The translations under genes were made by a program, and so were the position numbers. Positions 9,682-19,475 of a DNA stretch of 64,000 bases are shown here, in pieces. The notes beneath the pieces were generated by a model that was given only the letters and a program-made list of their open reading frames with translations, had not been told where the DNA came from and did not search any database. This stretch comes from Spirochaetaceae bacterium (GTDB taxonomy: Bacteria > Spirochaetota > Spirochaetia > DSM-2461), in NCBI GenBank assembly GCA_965224705.1, contig OZ245056.1, positions 1,792,001-1,856,000 on the forward strand, read 5' to 3'. How positions within the stretch are numbered: position 1 is the first letter of the stretch; each line of letters begins with the position of its first letter.

Positions 9682-9921
9682 CTAAAATGCGGTATTTTCG
9701 AGTTCGTTGACATGTGCCTTCATTCCTTCAACGATTGATTCTCTCATACCCGGAATTGACATGAGGTAAAGAGTTTCTTCTATGCTTTTCCAGTCGCCTT
9801 CCCCTACTAAAACTGCAGAGCTGTTTTTTCCTGTGATATGTATTGGCTCATGTGATAGGTTGACTGATTCTACGATTTTGTATAAATCTTTTCTTGCATT
9901 AGTAATATTTATGGCACTCAT
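9682..9921 (-). CDS. Phd/YefM family antitoxin (no cognate toxin adjacent)
   Basis: MSAINITNARKDLYKIVESVNLSHEPIHIT..WKSIEETLYL..PGMRESI; GGAGG RBS. Confidence 0.9.
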   Translation of the reverse strand: MSAINITNARKDLYKIVESVNLSHEPIHITGKNSSAVLVGEGDWKSIEETLYLMSIPGMRESIVEGMKAHVNELENTAF

Positions 9922-9938
9922 ACAACCTCCGTACACCC

Positions 9939-9967
9939 ATTCTAACAGTGAAACATACCCTTGTCTA
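9939..9967 (-). promoter_or_regulatory. Sigma70 promoter of the antitoxin
   Basis: TAGACA-17-TAGAAT on the minus strand. Confidence 0.55.
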
Positions 9968-10273
9968 CAGGGGAAAATTTTGTGCTGTAATAGCCTGAGA
10001 GTAGTAATCCGTGCATCATGCACCCTTAAGGATTGCCGTTTTTTATCATCTTACCGGTTTTTTCACAGGTTGTGGGGGGTAGTATTTTCGGCGTGAATGG
10101 TCGATAGGGAATTGCTGCCTGTCCCTTGTTGAGGCGGGGAGTATGATTCCGGCGAAGATTGACGGGGGGAAATGTCCTTTTGGCCCCCGGGTAGGGAGAG
10201 TGATTTAGGGGTACGAACAAACGGCTTCCGGCGGGACATCCGGAGGCCTTCCCGGACAAGGCTCTGGGGGCGG

Positions 10274-13258
10274 TTACTGTTTTCTTTTTGCTCTGAATTG
10301 CTTTACCCGTTCTTTGAATAGTGCTACCCTTTTATTGAACCGTGCGGTGAAGGCTTTGGGGGAAAAATCGATTATGTCAAGATTCAGGTTGTCCATGTGT
10401 TTCCCTAGCTGACGCGCGAGGTTGCCGGGCCAGTAGTCTTCTCTCTGTACTGCCGCATAGTCGGCATCGTTCCAGCCTTCTATGTCCAGATTGATGCGTT
10501 CATTGTTCTCTTTGAGAAGTAGCCTTATTTCTTCCTTCCATGGGCGTTTATTCAAACACAGGTCCTCTTTTTTATATGATGGTAAGTCCTTTTTTCCAAG
10601 CAGGCAGTAGGCGGTCATATAGAAAACAGCAGAAACGCAGAGTGCATTGCCTTCCCGAACCAGATCCCGATCCAGAGTCCGAGTCCGAGCCAGATCCAAA
10701 TCCAAATCCAGAGCCAGAGCCAGATCCCGATCCAGAGTCCGAGTCCGAGCCAGATCCAAATCCAAATCCAGAGCCAGAGCCAGAGCCAGATCCCGATCCA
10801 GAGCCAGATCCAGAGCCCGAGCCTGAGCCTGAGCCCGAGCCCGAACCAGAGTCAGAGCCAGAGCCTGATCCAGATCCAGAGCCCGAGCTATAGCCTGAGA
10901 CAGATCCCGACCCCGATCCAGAGCCCGAGCCCGACCCAGAGCCAGGACCAGATCCAGATCCAGAGCCAGAGCCAGCTTCCGATCCCGGTCCAGATCCAGA
11001 TCCAGAGCCAGATCCAGAGCCAGAGCCCGAGCCCGATCCAGAGCCCGAGCCCGAGCCTCCGTGAATATTTCGCCTAAGAAAAGGAGTTGGAATGCCCGAA
11101 TCTTCTTCAGCCAACCGTATTGTTTCAGCGCGAAGATATTTCGGGGTAAGAGGAGAAAGATGTCTCTCCAGAAGAGAGAAACCGGGGGAAGGGGCAGGCT
11201 TCTGTAATAAAACGTTGTCTGGATTGTCAGAGAAAGCGTTTCGAAGGCTTTCTCCGTATACAGCAGTGCCCGATCAAGTTTATTCAATCGCTTCTCCACG
11301 TCCTCGTCAGTCGTCTTTTCCGGACCGTATTCGTGCAGGGAAGCCTTTATTGTCCAGCTTCTAAGGTAGAAGTCCACATCTTCAGGCCATTCCACATCCT
11401 TCACAAAAAAAGCCTCTTTCGGATCTTCCGAATTGTCGGCTAATGGATCATCCTCAGGGGTGCTCTGATTCCAGTCCACGCCAAGATAAGTAACCTGGTT
11501 AACATTGCTCCAACGGACTTTCATCGCATTCTTAATTGTCGTATCCTCTTCTCTGAGCCATGTATTGATAAGGTCATGTGCTTTTTCCGCGTTCTCTTTT
11601 CTTTTGAGGAGTGCGTTCCATGGAGCCTTGTCCGGTGTTCCGTTCATCTCTGCAAGAAGGAGGACTTCCATCCACCGTTTCCGTTCTTCTTCCGAAAAGG
11701 CCACTTCTTCGCTCCCCAGAATTTCCGCCAGGAAAAGCCGTTGTTCCGCCTCATTGAGATTAAGCTCCCGCAGAAGGGAGCGGTAGGCGATATTCTGGGA
11801 ATCCTTTTGCCTCAGGGAGAGGAAGAGATGGCCGCTTTCCCTCCAGAATTCCGAGTCGGCCCGCTCCAGAAGGAATGGAAAGCTCCTGCGGCCTTCTTGA
11901 TGGCGGACGTTGAGGTAATAGGCCGTTAGGTATTCCTGGAACGAGTTGTGGGCAAAGCGGATGGTTCCGGCCTCCGGTTCCGAGAGGATGCCGGTCCGTG
12001 CCAGATAGAAGGGGAGGAGCTTTTCGGCATCCTCTTCGCGGATGGAGTGGAAGCGGTTTTGTTCTTTGAGATATTTGGAAAATCTCTGCGTCACTTCTTC
12101 CCAGGATTCGCTCATGATTCGTTCTTTGGAATTTTTGCTGTTCCCCCGCTGCCAGTCGAAGGCCAGCCGACTCAGGAGAAAGAGGAGATCCAACTTTTCC
12201 CATGGGGGGATGCTGATATTCCGGACTCTCTCAAGCTGAAGGATGTAGGCATCCATAATCTTCTCATAGAGGGTGGCGCGGCTGTGGGGAAGTTCCCCAA
12301 GGGTGTTGTGCACAAAGCAGATGAGGGCCATAAAACTTGGCCGCCGGGCCATGGAGCTTAGATACTTTCTGCCCGCCAGGGCTTCAATCAAGCTGTCCTT
12401 CTTCGCTTTCTTTTCTGCTTCCCTTGGAGCGGGCCGCAATTCATGCCACTTCCCGATGTAGTCCTCCTTCTGTTTATCCGTAAACGGAAGAAGATGCAGC
12501 ATCACCGTTTCCCCGGAGAAGCGGGGGGAGCCGTCAGTTCTTAAGTCTTCAAAACCGGCCGGGCGCCCGGTAATGATGTAATGGTTATGAATCTCTTCCT
12601 GTGAAAAAGCCTCCAGAGTCCATTTCATAATTCTGATTCGTTTTTCAGGCCCAACTTCGTCAATACCGTCAAGCAGGATGAGGAACTGTCCCTGGCGGCG
12701 GTATTTTTCCAGATTCCTCCTTGGGTTGAAGTAAATTAGGGGATCGTCCTTTAGTACATTTTTTCGTACATCTTCCAAAAAAACGCGCATAAGACCATCA
12801 AGGGAGTCTATCCCCTTAAGATCATGTTCTCTCAGCACCAGGGGAATGGGGATAATCCAGGGATAGGTGTTATTGAAGGGAGTTCCTTTTCTTATGCCTG
12901 TCTCAAGAGCGAGCTCATGCACAAGCCATGTCTTACCCGCACCGGGGAGTCCGGCGATCATGAGGAAGGGCTTTTGTTTAAGCCAGTAGAGGATGTCCCG
13001 TTTTAGTCCTTTATCCTGATCCTCTCCCGCCCTTTTTATGCGATGATCGTCCTTTTCTTCGGGAATGTTTTCTTCGGAGAAACAGCGGGGGATGTACATC
13101 TTCTCCACCTGGACGGGGCTGCCATCATCAACCAATCCAGCCATGTCTGTTAGACCGAATTTCCTGTAGAGCCAGTTGACGTAAATATCCCGGGTCCGGA
13201 CTTCCGCGTCGGTCAAACCAAGCTTCCTGCCTAAATCCTGTATTTTCTTAATCGTCAT
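10274..13258 (-). CDS. NACHT-family STAND NTPase with a C-terminal (A/D)(L/R) low-complexity repeat
   Basis: Walker A GLPGAGKT, Walker [31 protein letters not shown] winged-helix motif. Confidence 0.9.
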   Translation of the reverse strand: MTIKKIQDLGRKLGLTDAEVRTRDIYVNWLYRKFGLTDMAGLVDDGSPVQVEKMYIPRCFSEENIPEEKDDHRIKRAGEDQDKGLKRDILYWLKQKPFLMIAGLPGAGKTWLVHELALETGIRKGTPFNNTYPWIIPIPLVLREHDLKGIDSLDGLMRVFLEDVRKNVLKDDPLIYFNPRRNLEKYRRQGQFLILLDGIDEVGPEKRIRIMKWTLEAFSQEEIHNHYIITGRPAGFEDLRTDGSPRFSGETVMLHLLPFTDKQKEDYIGKWHELRPAPREAEKKAKKDSLIEALAGRKYLSSMARRPSFMALICFVHNTLGELPHSRATLYEKIMDAYILQLERVRNISIPPWEKLDLLFLLSRLAFDWQRGNSKNSKERIMSESWEEVTQRFSKYLKEQNRFHSIREEDAEKLLPFYLARTGILSEPEAGTIRFAHNSFQEYLTAYYLNVRHQEGRRSFPFLLERADSEFWRESGHLFLSLRQKDSQNIAYRSLLRELNLNEAEQRLFLAEILGSEEVAFSEEERKRWMEVLLLAEMNGTPDKAPWNALLKRKENAEKAHDLINTWLREEDTTIKNAMKVRWSNVNQVTYLGVDWNQSTPEDDPLADNSEDPKEAFFVKDVEWPEDVDFYLRSWTIKASLHEYGPEKTTDEDVEKRLNKLDRALLYTEKAFETLSLTIQTTFYYRSLPLPPVSLFWRDIFLLLPRNIFALKQYGWLKKIRAFQLLFLGEIFTEARARALDRARALALDLALDLDLDRDRKLALALDLDLVLALGRARALDRGRDLSQAIARALDLDQALALTLVRARAQAQARALDLALDRDLALALALDLDLDLARTRTLDRDLALALDLDLDLARTRTLDRDLVREGNALCVSAVFYMTAYCLLGKKDLPSYKKEDLCLNKRPWKEEIRLLLKENNERINLDIEGWNDADYAAVQREDYWPGNLARQLGKHMDNLNLDIIDFSPKAFTARFNKRVALFKERVKQFRAKRKQ
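10655..11057. repeat. Degenerate 6-bp coding tandem repeat CC(A/C)GA(G/T), about 400 bp, including a perfect 60-bp duplication
   Basis: 10661-10720 is identical to 10721-10780; encodes [25 protein letters not shown]... Confidence 0.95.
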
Positions 13259-13259
13259 G

Positions 13260-14854
13260 CTATTGTCGGCCCGCCTTGGTCGTAAAGAAGAGCTTTACAC
13301 TGTCCGGCTGGACTCCGCGGAAATCACTTCGGATTCTCTCGAATAAACGGCGATCATAGCGGTATTCAAACAAGCGATCTCTGTACGCCTCCAATGACAG
13401 CTTAACGGATTTATCCTGAGAGAAGATAATGGATAACTCCTCAATGTATCGCCGCCTTAACCCTTCATCGGATTGTTCCTCGGGTTGTTCCTCCGCACCA
13501 GATTGTTCCCAGGATTGTTCCTCTTCACTTTCCGAAGATTGGGGCTGTTTGCCATGAGATGTATCCCTTAATTCATGCTGTATCACATAGTCCAATGCCC
13601 TAAGAAAATTCTCGAAGTCTTCAGGGTGGAAGGCAATGCTTTTATAGATTGCCGGAAATCGGAGCTGCAGCGACAGGAGAAGGGCTGTCTGATCCAAATT
13701 CAGTTTTTCTCCATCCGCATTTTTTTCAGCCGTATTACCAGCCGCATTGATAGCCTTCCAACGGGCCAGAAGGGTGTTGAGGAAATTTTTAACCTTTCTG
13801 GGGTTGTGCTCCCATATCTCGTTTATGATTCTCGCCAATGTATCGCGGCTTGATTTGTCTTGTAGCTCCTCGGGCCATGTCTCAATGATTTTGCCAATAA
13901 ACGGTCGAAAGTCGCGGCATACCGGGACATGAACGCTACCCTGAACCAGCTTCGCCATATACTGCCGCGCTTCAGCCTTACCACAATCTTCTCTGGAGCG
14001 AATAATCGCCCTTTCCACCGCATCAGGATCAATTCCAAGAATGAAAACGCAGGAACGGGTGTTGAGGTAGAGTTTTATCGCTTCCAGAATCTCAAGAATC
14101 TTCATGTCTTCACATCGGTCAAGATCGTCAATGAAGATGACGAGATTATCGGCCATGCGATTGTCTTTTTTGGGGAGCATTTTTTTGATTGAATCGCGCA
14201 CCTGGCACACCGCTCCATTGAAGGCAAGGAAGAATTGTTGCGCGTCGGTCAATTCGCGGTAAGGTATTGCCGGGCGGGCCCCCTTGTATAGTTCCTTTCC
14301 TTTTTCGTATAGGTAGGCTGCCGGTTTGATGCCAATGTTTTTTTCGGTAACGGTATCGATGACTTCCGTTAACTTTTTATGCCGAGATCCAGTAATCCCC
14401 AGGCGGGATTCTCTCCAGGCTTTTTTGGCAGCAGCCCCCTGCCCTCGGCCCATTTGGGTATCTGTTTTCGGATTTCGTGGAGCAGGGGAATCATCGGGTT
14501 CGGTTCATTTTGATACTGCCACGGGTTGAACCAGACGGTTAAGGCCTGAGTGTCTTTTTTCAAGCCTTCCCACGTCTTGGCAACGGATTCTGAGATTTCC
14601 TTCTCTTCGGAGATGCCCATCCCTTCCTTGAAACTGAGGGGGAGGCCGCCGAGAGAGGCCATACAGTGACGGAGCAAACTGGTCTTTCCGCTGCCCCAGC
14701 TTCCGTAAACCCCAATGACAAAGGGGGCGGGAGCCTCGACGGCCATTTTATAGAGTTCCGCACCGGCATGTTCAAAGCCCAGCGTTTCAAACTCGATAGT
14801 CCAGTCATCGTTTGTATAGCCTTTGTTGTTTTTGCCGTCTTCAGGGTTTGCCAT
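13260..14854 (-). CDS. KAP family P-loop NTPase split by a -1 frameshift (programmed, mutational or assembly error)
   Basis: N part 14854-14369: DDW, VIGVYGSWGSGKTS (Walker A), VWFNPWQY. C part 14453-13260: VIFIDDLDRC (Walker B), YMAKLVQ, NPRKVKNFLN. Frames overlap at 14369-14453. Confidence 0.88.
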
Positions 14855-14893
14855 CTTTCTTTCTGCCGGATAGTTCTTCGGTGCTTGGTGATT

Positions 14894-14922
14894 ATGATAG
14901 TAAGAGTTAAACCGGTTGTCAA
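14894..14922 (-). promoter_or_regulatory. Sigma70 promoter of the KAP-NACHT operon
   Basis: TTGACA-17-TATCAT on the minus strand, about 40 nt upstream of ATG 14854. Confidence 0.75.
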
Positions 14923-15111
14923 TGAGTTGGATTTTATCGATCAGGGCAATCGCGGCTAATTCTACTCCTTTGCATCCCTCGTTCTTTAAGTATGAGCGCC
15001 ATCGCCTCAAAGGCGGTGAAAGGCTTTCCCCAAATTCCTCCAGCTAGGAGCCTCAATGTAATGGATCACCAGATCACCAGATCAGCACGTATTCGGGATT
15101 CTTCCTGTCCA

Positions 15112-16305
15112 TCAGCATGACACCATATTCTCATGGGAGTCAAAATGCATTACCCTGGTATTCGATACAGCCGCATCCATCAATTCTTCCAAATCAGGAA
15201 TGGATTCAAATTCACTCTGCTGAACATCGGCTACAGGTCGGGTCAATGGTCTTTCCGGGCTGAAGAGAGTACAGCAGTCGTCAAAAGGTTCCACGGATGT
15301 TTCATACGTTCCAATCTTGACAGCAAGCTGGATAATTTCCTCCTTATCCATGCCGATGAGGGGTCTGAAAATCGGCAGATCTGTGGCCCGGTTTGTATAC
15401 GCAATACTTTCCAGAGTTTGACTTGCCACCTGACCCAGAGACTCCCCTGTAACCAGAGCCCCGCAGTGACGTCTGGCAGCCCATTTTTCGGCAATCCGCA
15501 TCATACAGGCTCGTGAGTGCAGTGTAGTGGTAGAAGGTTCTACAGAATGACCTATCTTTATCTGACAGTCGGTGAATGGCACTGAAAGAAAGGTAAGGCC
15601 GCCGCACCAGGGAGCAATGGTGGATGCCAGGCGCACAACTTTGTCATGAGCCTCATCGCTTGTATACGGCGGCGTATGAAAATATATGGCCGACAGTTTC
15701 AAGCCCCGCCTGGTCATTAAAAACCCGGCAACTGGAGAATCAATGCCTCCTGACAGAAGGAGCATGCCCATCCCCCCGGTTCCGACAGGCAACCCCCCGG
15801 GACCTGGCTGTTGATGCTGATATACATAGGCCCATTCCCTCAGTTCAACCCGGATGATGAAATCCGGTTGATGAACATCGACCCTGAGTTCAGGCATGGA
15901 TTCGTGCATCAAATTGCCGAGTTCCCGGGCATAGCCGTAACTGTCCAGAGGCAGGCTCTTGTCCACCCGGCGCACCTCAAATTTATAACTCATTCCAACC
16001 TTCTGGGACAGGCATTCTTCAGCGATGAGCAGTGAGGCCTCGAAAACATCGTTCAGGTTTTTTCGAACTCTTTTTACCCGGCTGAAAGCAACGATACCCG
16101 GGGTACTGGCCAGAATTCTGGCCGTTTTGTCATCGTCAAGTATTGTTTCAAGGTAGTAGCGGCCTGGTTTTACACTGATGTGTACTCTGGCATCAATTTC
16201 ATTGAATTTTCGCCTGATGTTTTCTTTTAGAATTCGTTCAAAATATCTTCGATTACCCTTCTTCAGTGAGATCTCTCCAATCTTAACCAGCCATAAATTC
16301 GTCAT
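15112..16305 (-). CDS. thiI: tRNA 4-thiouridine synthase
   Basis: GEISLKKGNR, THUMP region, GGLPVG, LLSGGIDSPVA PP-loop, GESLGQVASQT, DCC. Confidence 0.95.
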   Translation of the reverse strand: MTNLWLVKIGEISLKKGNRRYFERILKENIRRKFNEIDARVHISVKPGRYYLETILDDDKTARILASTPGIVAFSRVKRVRKNLNDVFEASLLIAEECLSQKVGMSYKFEVRRVDKSLPLDSYGYARELGNLMHESMPELRVDVHQPDFIIRVELREWAYVYQHQQPGPGGLPVGTGGMGMLLLSGGIDSPVAGFLMTRRGLKLSAIYFHTPPYTSDEAHDKVVRLASTIAPWCGGLTFLSVPFTDCQIKIGHSVEPSTTTLHSRACMMRIAEKWAARRHCGALVTGESLGQVASQTLESIAYTNRATDLPIFRPLIGMDKEEIIQLAVKIGTYETSVEPFDDCCTLFSPERPLTRPVADVQQSEFESIPDLEELMDAAVSNTRVMHFDSHENMVSC

Positions 16306-16406
16306 ATCTCCCAAGAATAGTAAAAAAAATCTGTTAAGTCAGTAATAATCCAGAGTGCCTGCAGCAGAACCCTTTTGCACCTCGTCTTATCGGACAGGGG
16401 TGTGCT

Positions 16407-17435
16407 GTGAATAGAATGCTGTCAATCTCAATGCTGGTTTTTGTTTCATGTCTGTTTCCCGGGGAGAACGGGGAATGGACTGTGATGACCTGGAATGTGC
16501 AGAACCTGTTTGATGAGGTGGACGATGGAAACGAGTACACGGAATTCGATCCGGGTAGGGGAATATGGAATGAACGGCTCCTGCAGCGGCGTCTGGACAG
16601 AGTTGCCGAAGTTGTCGTAAAAACAGTTCCTGGCGGTGCTGATCTCATCGTATTTCAGGAATTGGAGAACCAGAACGTTCTTGACCTGTTATTGGAGGAA
16701 TCCCTCAAAGGACGGGGGTATGATTACTCATTGACCATACCCGGTTTTAGCATAATCCGTTGTGGAGTCATCAGTCGGTATCCCATTTCTGATGTCAATG
16801 TTGTGGATTGCGGTCAGTGGGAAAATCGTTCACTGCGGCCTGCCCTGGGTTTCAGTGTGGATATGCCCGGGAGCAAGGTCTATGTTATTGCTCTCCACTG
16901 GAAGTCCCCAAGAGGGAATAGATCGGCCACCGAAGAGCCCAGACGGCTGGAAGCATCCATTGTACGGGACATGGTGAGACAGAAACTGGACGTTGATCAG
17001 GATGCGAAGATCATTGTTTTAGGAGACCTCAACACTCCCGGAGATGGACTGGTTCTTCCGGCAGCCCTTGCTCCGTATGGGTCACTGGTAGACGAGGCTG
17101 TTCTCTGGCGGACAGATGTTCCCGTATTTCCCCCCTATGATCCGCAGGAAATAATTCTCTATGATCCCGAACCAACGGCCGGACCGCCCGGAACATATAA
17201 CTACCTCGGTCAGTGGGACAGACCGGATCGGGCACTGCTTTCCAGAGGGTTCACGGAAGGATCAGGCCTTGTCTTTCATGACTCTCGAATCGGTGATCTG
17301 GATGTAATGCTGAACAGTCAGGGCCACCCCGAACGGTGGCGGACAGATCTGGAAGAAGGTTACAGCGATCATTTGCCGTTAATCCTTGAGTTCAACAACA
17401 TCCCGGAATCCCGTGAGGAGTCTGCCGGACTTTAG
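16407..17435 (+). CDS. Endonuclease/exonuclease/phosphatase family protein, probably exported
   Basis: TWNVQNLFD, FQELEN, HWKS, GDLN, GYSDHLP motifs. Confidence 0.9.
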   Translation: MNRMLSISMLVFVSCLFPGENGEWTVMTWNVQNLFDEVDDGNEYTEFDPGRGIWNERLLQRRLDRVAEVVVKTVPGGADLIVFQELENQNVLDLLLEESLKGRGYDYSLTIPGFSIIRCGVISRYPISDVNVVDCGQWENRSLRPALGFSVDMPGSKVYVIALHWKSPRGNRSATEEPRRLEASIVRDMVRQKLDVDQDAKIIVLGDLNTPGDGLVLPAALAPYGSLVDEAVLWRTDVPVFPPYDPQEIILYDPEPTAGPPGTYNYLGQWDRPDRALLSRGFTEGSGLVFHDSRIGDLDVMLNSQGHPERWRTDLEEGYSDHLPLILEFNNIPESREESAGL

Positions 17436-17470
17436 GACTTCGAGCCGTGAGGCATAAGTCCGACAGAGTC
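17418..17470. mobile_element. MITE family A, internally deleted 53-bp copy with perfect TGAG target duplication
   Basis: TGAG|GAGTCTGCCGGACTTTA...TAAGTCCGACAGAGTC|TGAG. Confidence 0.85.
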
Positions 17471-17476
17471 TGAGGA

Positions 17477-18250
17477 TTATGAATCAGAATGATAACTGAC
17501 CAGATTCTCAACGAAGGCCTGAACTGTCTGACCTGCCCTGTCCGAATCGACGCGAGCAATAGCTTTTACCAGAGCCGAACCGACAACGACGGCATCCGCT
17601 GCCGTTACGGATTGGATCTGCTCTGACCGCTGGATTCCGAATCCTGCCATCACTTTCGGGGTGCTTCCTTTTCTCAGCCTGCGGATACTTTCAAGAAATT
17701 CCGTTTGCCTGTTTCCGATTTCTGTGTATGTGCCGGTGATGCCGCTCCTGAGGGCAGCGTAAACCCATTCAATGGGTTCGGCAAGAATCTGTTTCAACCG
17801 TTTCATACTGATCCATGGAACGATAACGGGAACTGCGGGGCATTGAGCTTCTGCGGCACTCTGGAAAAGGCCCTCGTCAGCCCCTGGAGTAAGGTCAGGA
17901 ACAATAAGTCCACTGGCACCGGATTTCTTTGCCTGATGGATGAAGTTCTCCACACCGGGAGTAAAAACCAGACTGGCATAACTCATAACGAAAACAGGTA
18001 TGTTTGATTCGGAACGAATGGTTTCAAGGAGTTGAAAAGCATCTCTGGTTGTGAATCCGGCAGACAGGGCATCCCGGCAGGCCCCTTCAATAACAGGACC
18101 ATCAGCACTGGGATCTGAAAAGGGTATCTGCATTTCAAGAGCAAAGGCGCCCCCGGCAATCAAACCTCGAGCCACATCCAGTGAAATGTCATACGAAGGA
18201 TAGCCAGCTATGAAATGAGTAATAACTCCGGGTTGGCTCTCAGAGATCAT
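17477..18250 (-). CDS. trpA: Tryptophan synthase alpha subunit
   Basis: LEMQIPFSDPSADGPVI, RSGITG, AGFGI, VVVGSA. Confidence 0.95.
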   Translation of the reverse strand: MISESQPGVITHFIAGYPSYDISLDVARGLIAGGAFALEMQIPFSDPSADGPVIEGACRDALSAGFTTRDAFQLLETIRSESNIPVFVMSYASLVFTPGVENFIHQAKKSGASGLIVPDLTPGADEGLFQSAAEAQCPAVPVIVPWISMKRLKQILAEPIEWVYAALRSGITGTYTEIGNRQTEFLESIRRLRKGSTPKVMAGFGIQRSEQIQSVTAADAVVVGSALVKAIARVDSDRAGQTVQAFVENLVSYHSDS

Positions 18251-19475
18251 GGTGCTCCTCCCGCTGGCTTTCGTCCTTAAGGAACAATCTCCAGGCCTCA
18301 CCATCAATGGCAGCGGCCGATATGAAAATATCCTTGTCTCCACGGCCGGACATGTTGACAACTATGTTTTTTCCCGGTCCCAGACTTCGTGCCAGATCCA
18401 GAGCGGCAGCTCCGGCATGAGCGGATTCCATGGCGAAAATCAATGCTTCTTCACGGGCAAAAAATTTCAGGGCTTCCAGGGCTTTCTTATCCGTGACACT
18501 GACGAATTGAATGCGTCCGGTTTCACCAAGTGCGGCTAACTGGGGGCCTATCCCTGCATAGTCCAGTCCGGCAGAAATTGAGTGAGTGGACAGAACCTGC
18601 CCATCGTCGTCGGTGAGAAAACGGCTCTTGTAACCCTGGACAATGCCCGGTTTTCCTTCCCTGGACATGCGAACGGCATTATTGCCCTTCCCGGGACCGC
18701 GTCCCCCTGCTTCGACTCCAAGAAGTATGGGTTTCTCCATATCGAGATAGGGTTCAAAGAATCCAATGGCATTGGATCCGCCGCCCACACAGGCTGCCAG
18801 GGCATCGGGAACTATATCTCCCATATCGGCAAGCTGGGCCCTGGTTTCCCTACCGATAATGGACTGAAACTCCCGTACCATATCGGGAAATGGAGATGGT
18901 CCAAGGGCAGAGCCCAGAAGGTAGTGGGTATCCTCCCAACTGGAGGCCCAGTCCCTGAGCGCTTCATTAACAGCATCTTTAAGAGTGCGGCTCCCCGATT
19001 TCACCGGACAGACTCTGGCCCCGAACAGTTCCATCCAGTAGACATTGGGCTGCTGCCTTCTGATGTCTTCTTCCCCCATGTAAACAACACATTCCAGTCC
19101 TGTACGGGCGCAGGAGGCTGCAACAGCCACGCCATGCTGACCAGCTCCTGTTTCCGCAATTATCCTTGTTTTTCCCATTCGCTTAGCCAGCAGGGCCTGA
19201 CCGGCGGCATTATTGATTTTATGAGCTCCTGTATTGGCCAAACCTTCCAGCTTGATATAGATATCCGCACCGCCAATGGCCGCCGAAGCATTTCTTGCCG
19301 GGAGAAGCGGGGTAGGACGGCCAATGTACTCCTTCTGAAAGACTTCATACTCAGCGATGAATTTTTCATCCCTCATAGCCGTCATGAATTCCTCTTCCAG
19401 CTGCTCAAGCGGCTGGCGCAGAACTTCGGCTGTATACCGTCCTCCATAGTGCCCAAAGAAACCTCTTTCACTCAT
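18240..19475 (-). CDS. trpB: Tryptophan synthase beta subunit
   Basis: GAHKINN (PLP lysine), ETGAGQHG, CVGGGSNA, SGRGDKD. Confidence 0.97.
   Translation of the reverse strand: MSERGFFGHYGGRYTAEVLRQPLEQLEEEFMTAMRDEKFIAEYEVFQKEYIGRPTPLLPARNASAAIGGADIYIKLEGLANTGAHKINNAAGQALLAKRMGKTRIIAETGAGQHGVAVAASCARTGLECVVYMGEEDIRRQQPNVYWMELFGARVCPVKSGSRTLKDAVNEALRDWASSWEDTHYLLGSALGPSPFPDMVREFQSIIGRETRAQLADMGDIVPDALAACVGGGSNAIGFFEPYLDMEKPILLGVEAGGRGPGKGNNAVRMSREGKPGIVQGYKSRFLTDDDGQVLSTHSISAGLDYAGIGPQLAALGETGRIQFVSVTDKKALEALKFFAREEALIFAMESAHAGAAALDLARSLGPGKNIVVNMSGRGDKDIFISAAAIDGEAWRLFLKDESQREEHHDL

Noticed and set aside
10026..10259. 77-aa ORF between NACHT and the antitoxin as a toxin or effector
   Set aside because: No RBS or toxin motif and a Pro/Gly-rich, random-looking sequence; not fully excluded without a search.
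10655..11057. Possible CRISPR array
   Set aside because: It has a 6-bp period with no unique spacers, it is coding, and no cas genes are present.
10540..11114. Gly-Ser-rich (10572-11114, -) and Pro-Glu/Asp-rich (10540-10893, +) ORFs
   Set aside because: These are alternative frames of the nearly stop-free hexamer repeat inside the NACHT gene, with no independent evidence of expression.
14855..15010. N-terminal extension of the KAP ORF from TTG 15010
   Set aside because: It overlaps a near-consensus promoter at 14894-14922, and KAP-like sequence starts after ATG 14854.
15064..15087. GATCA(C/G)CA x3 near the island edge as an att site
   Set aside because: It is a short local tandem repeat, and I found no partner at the other boundary.
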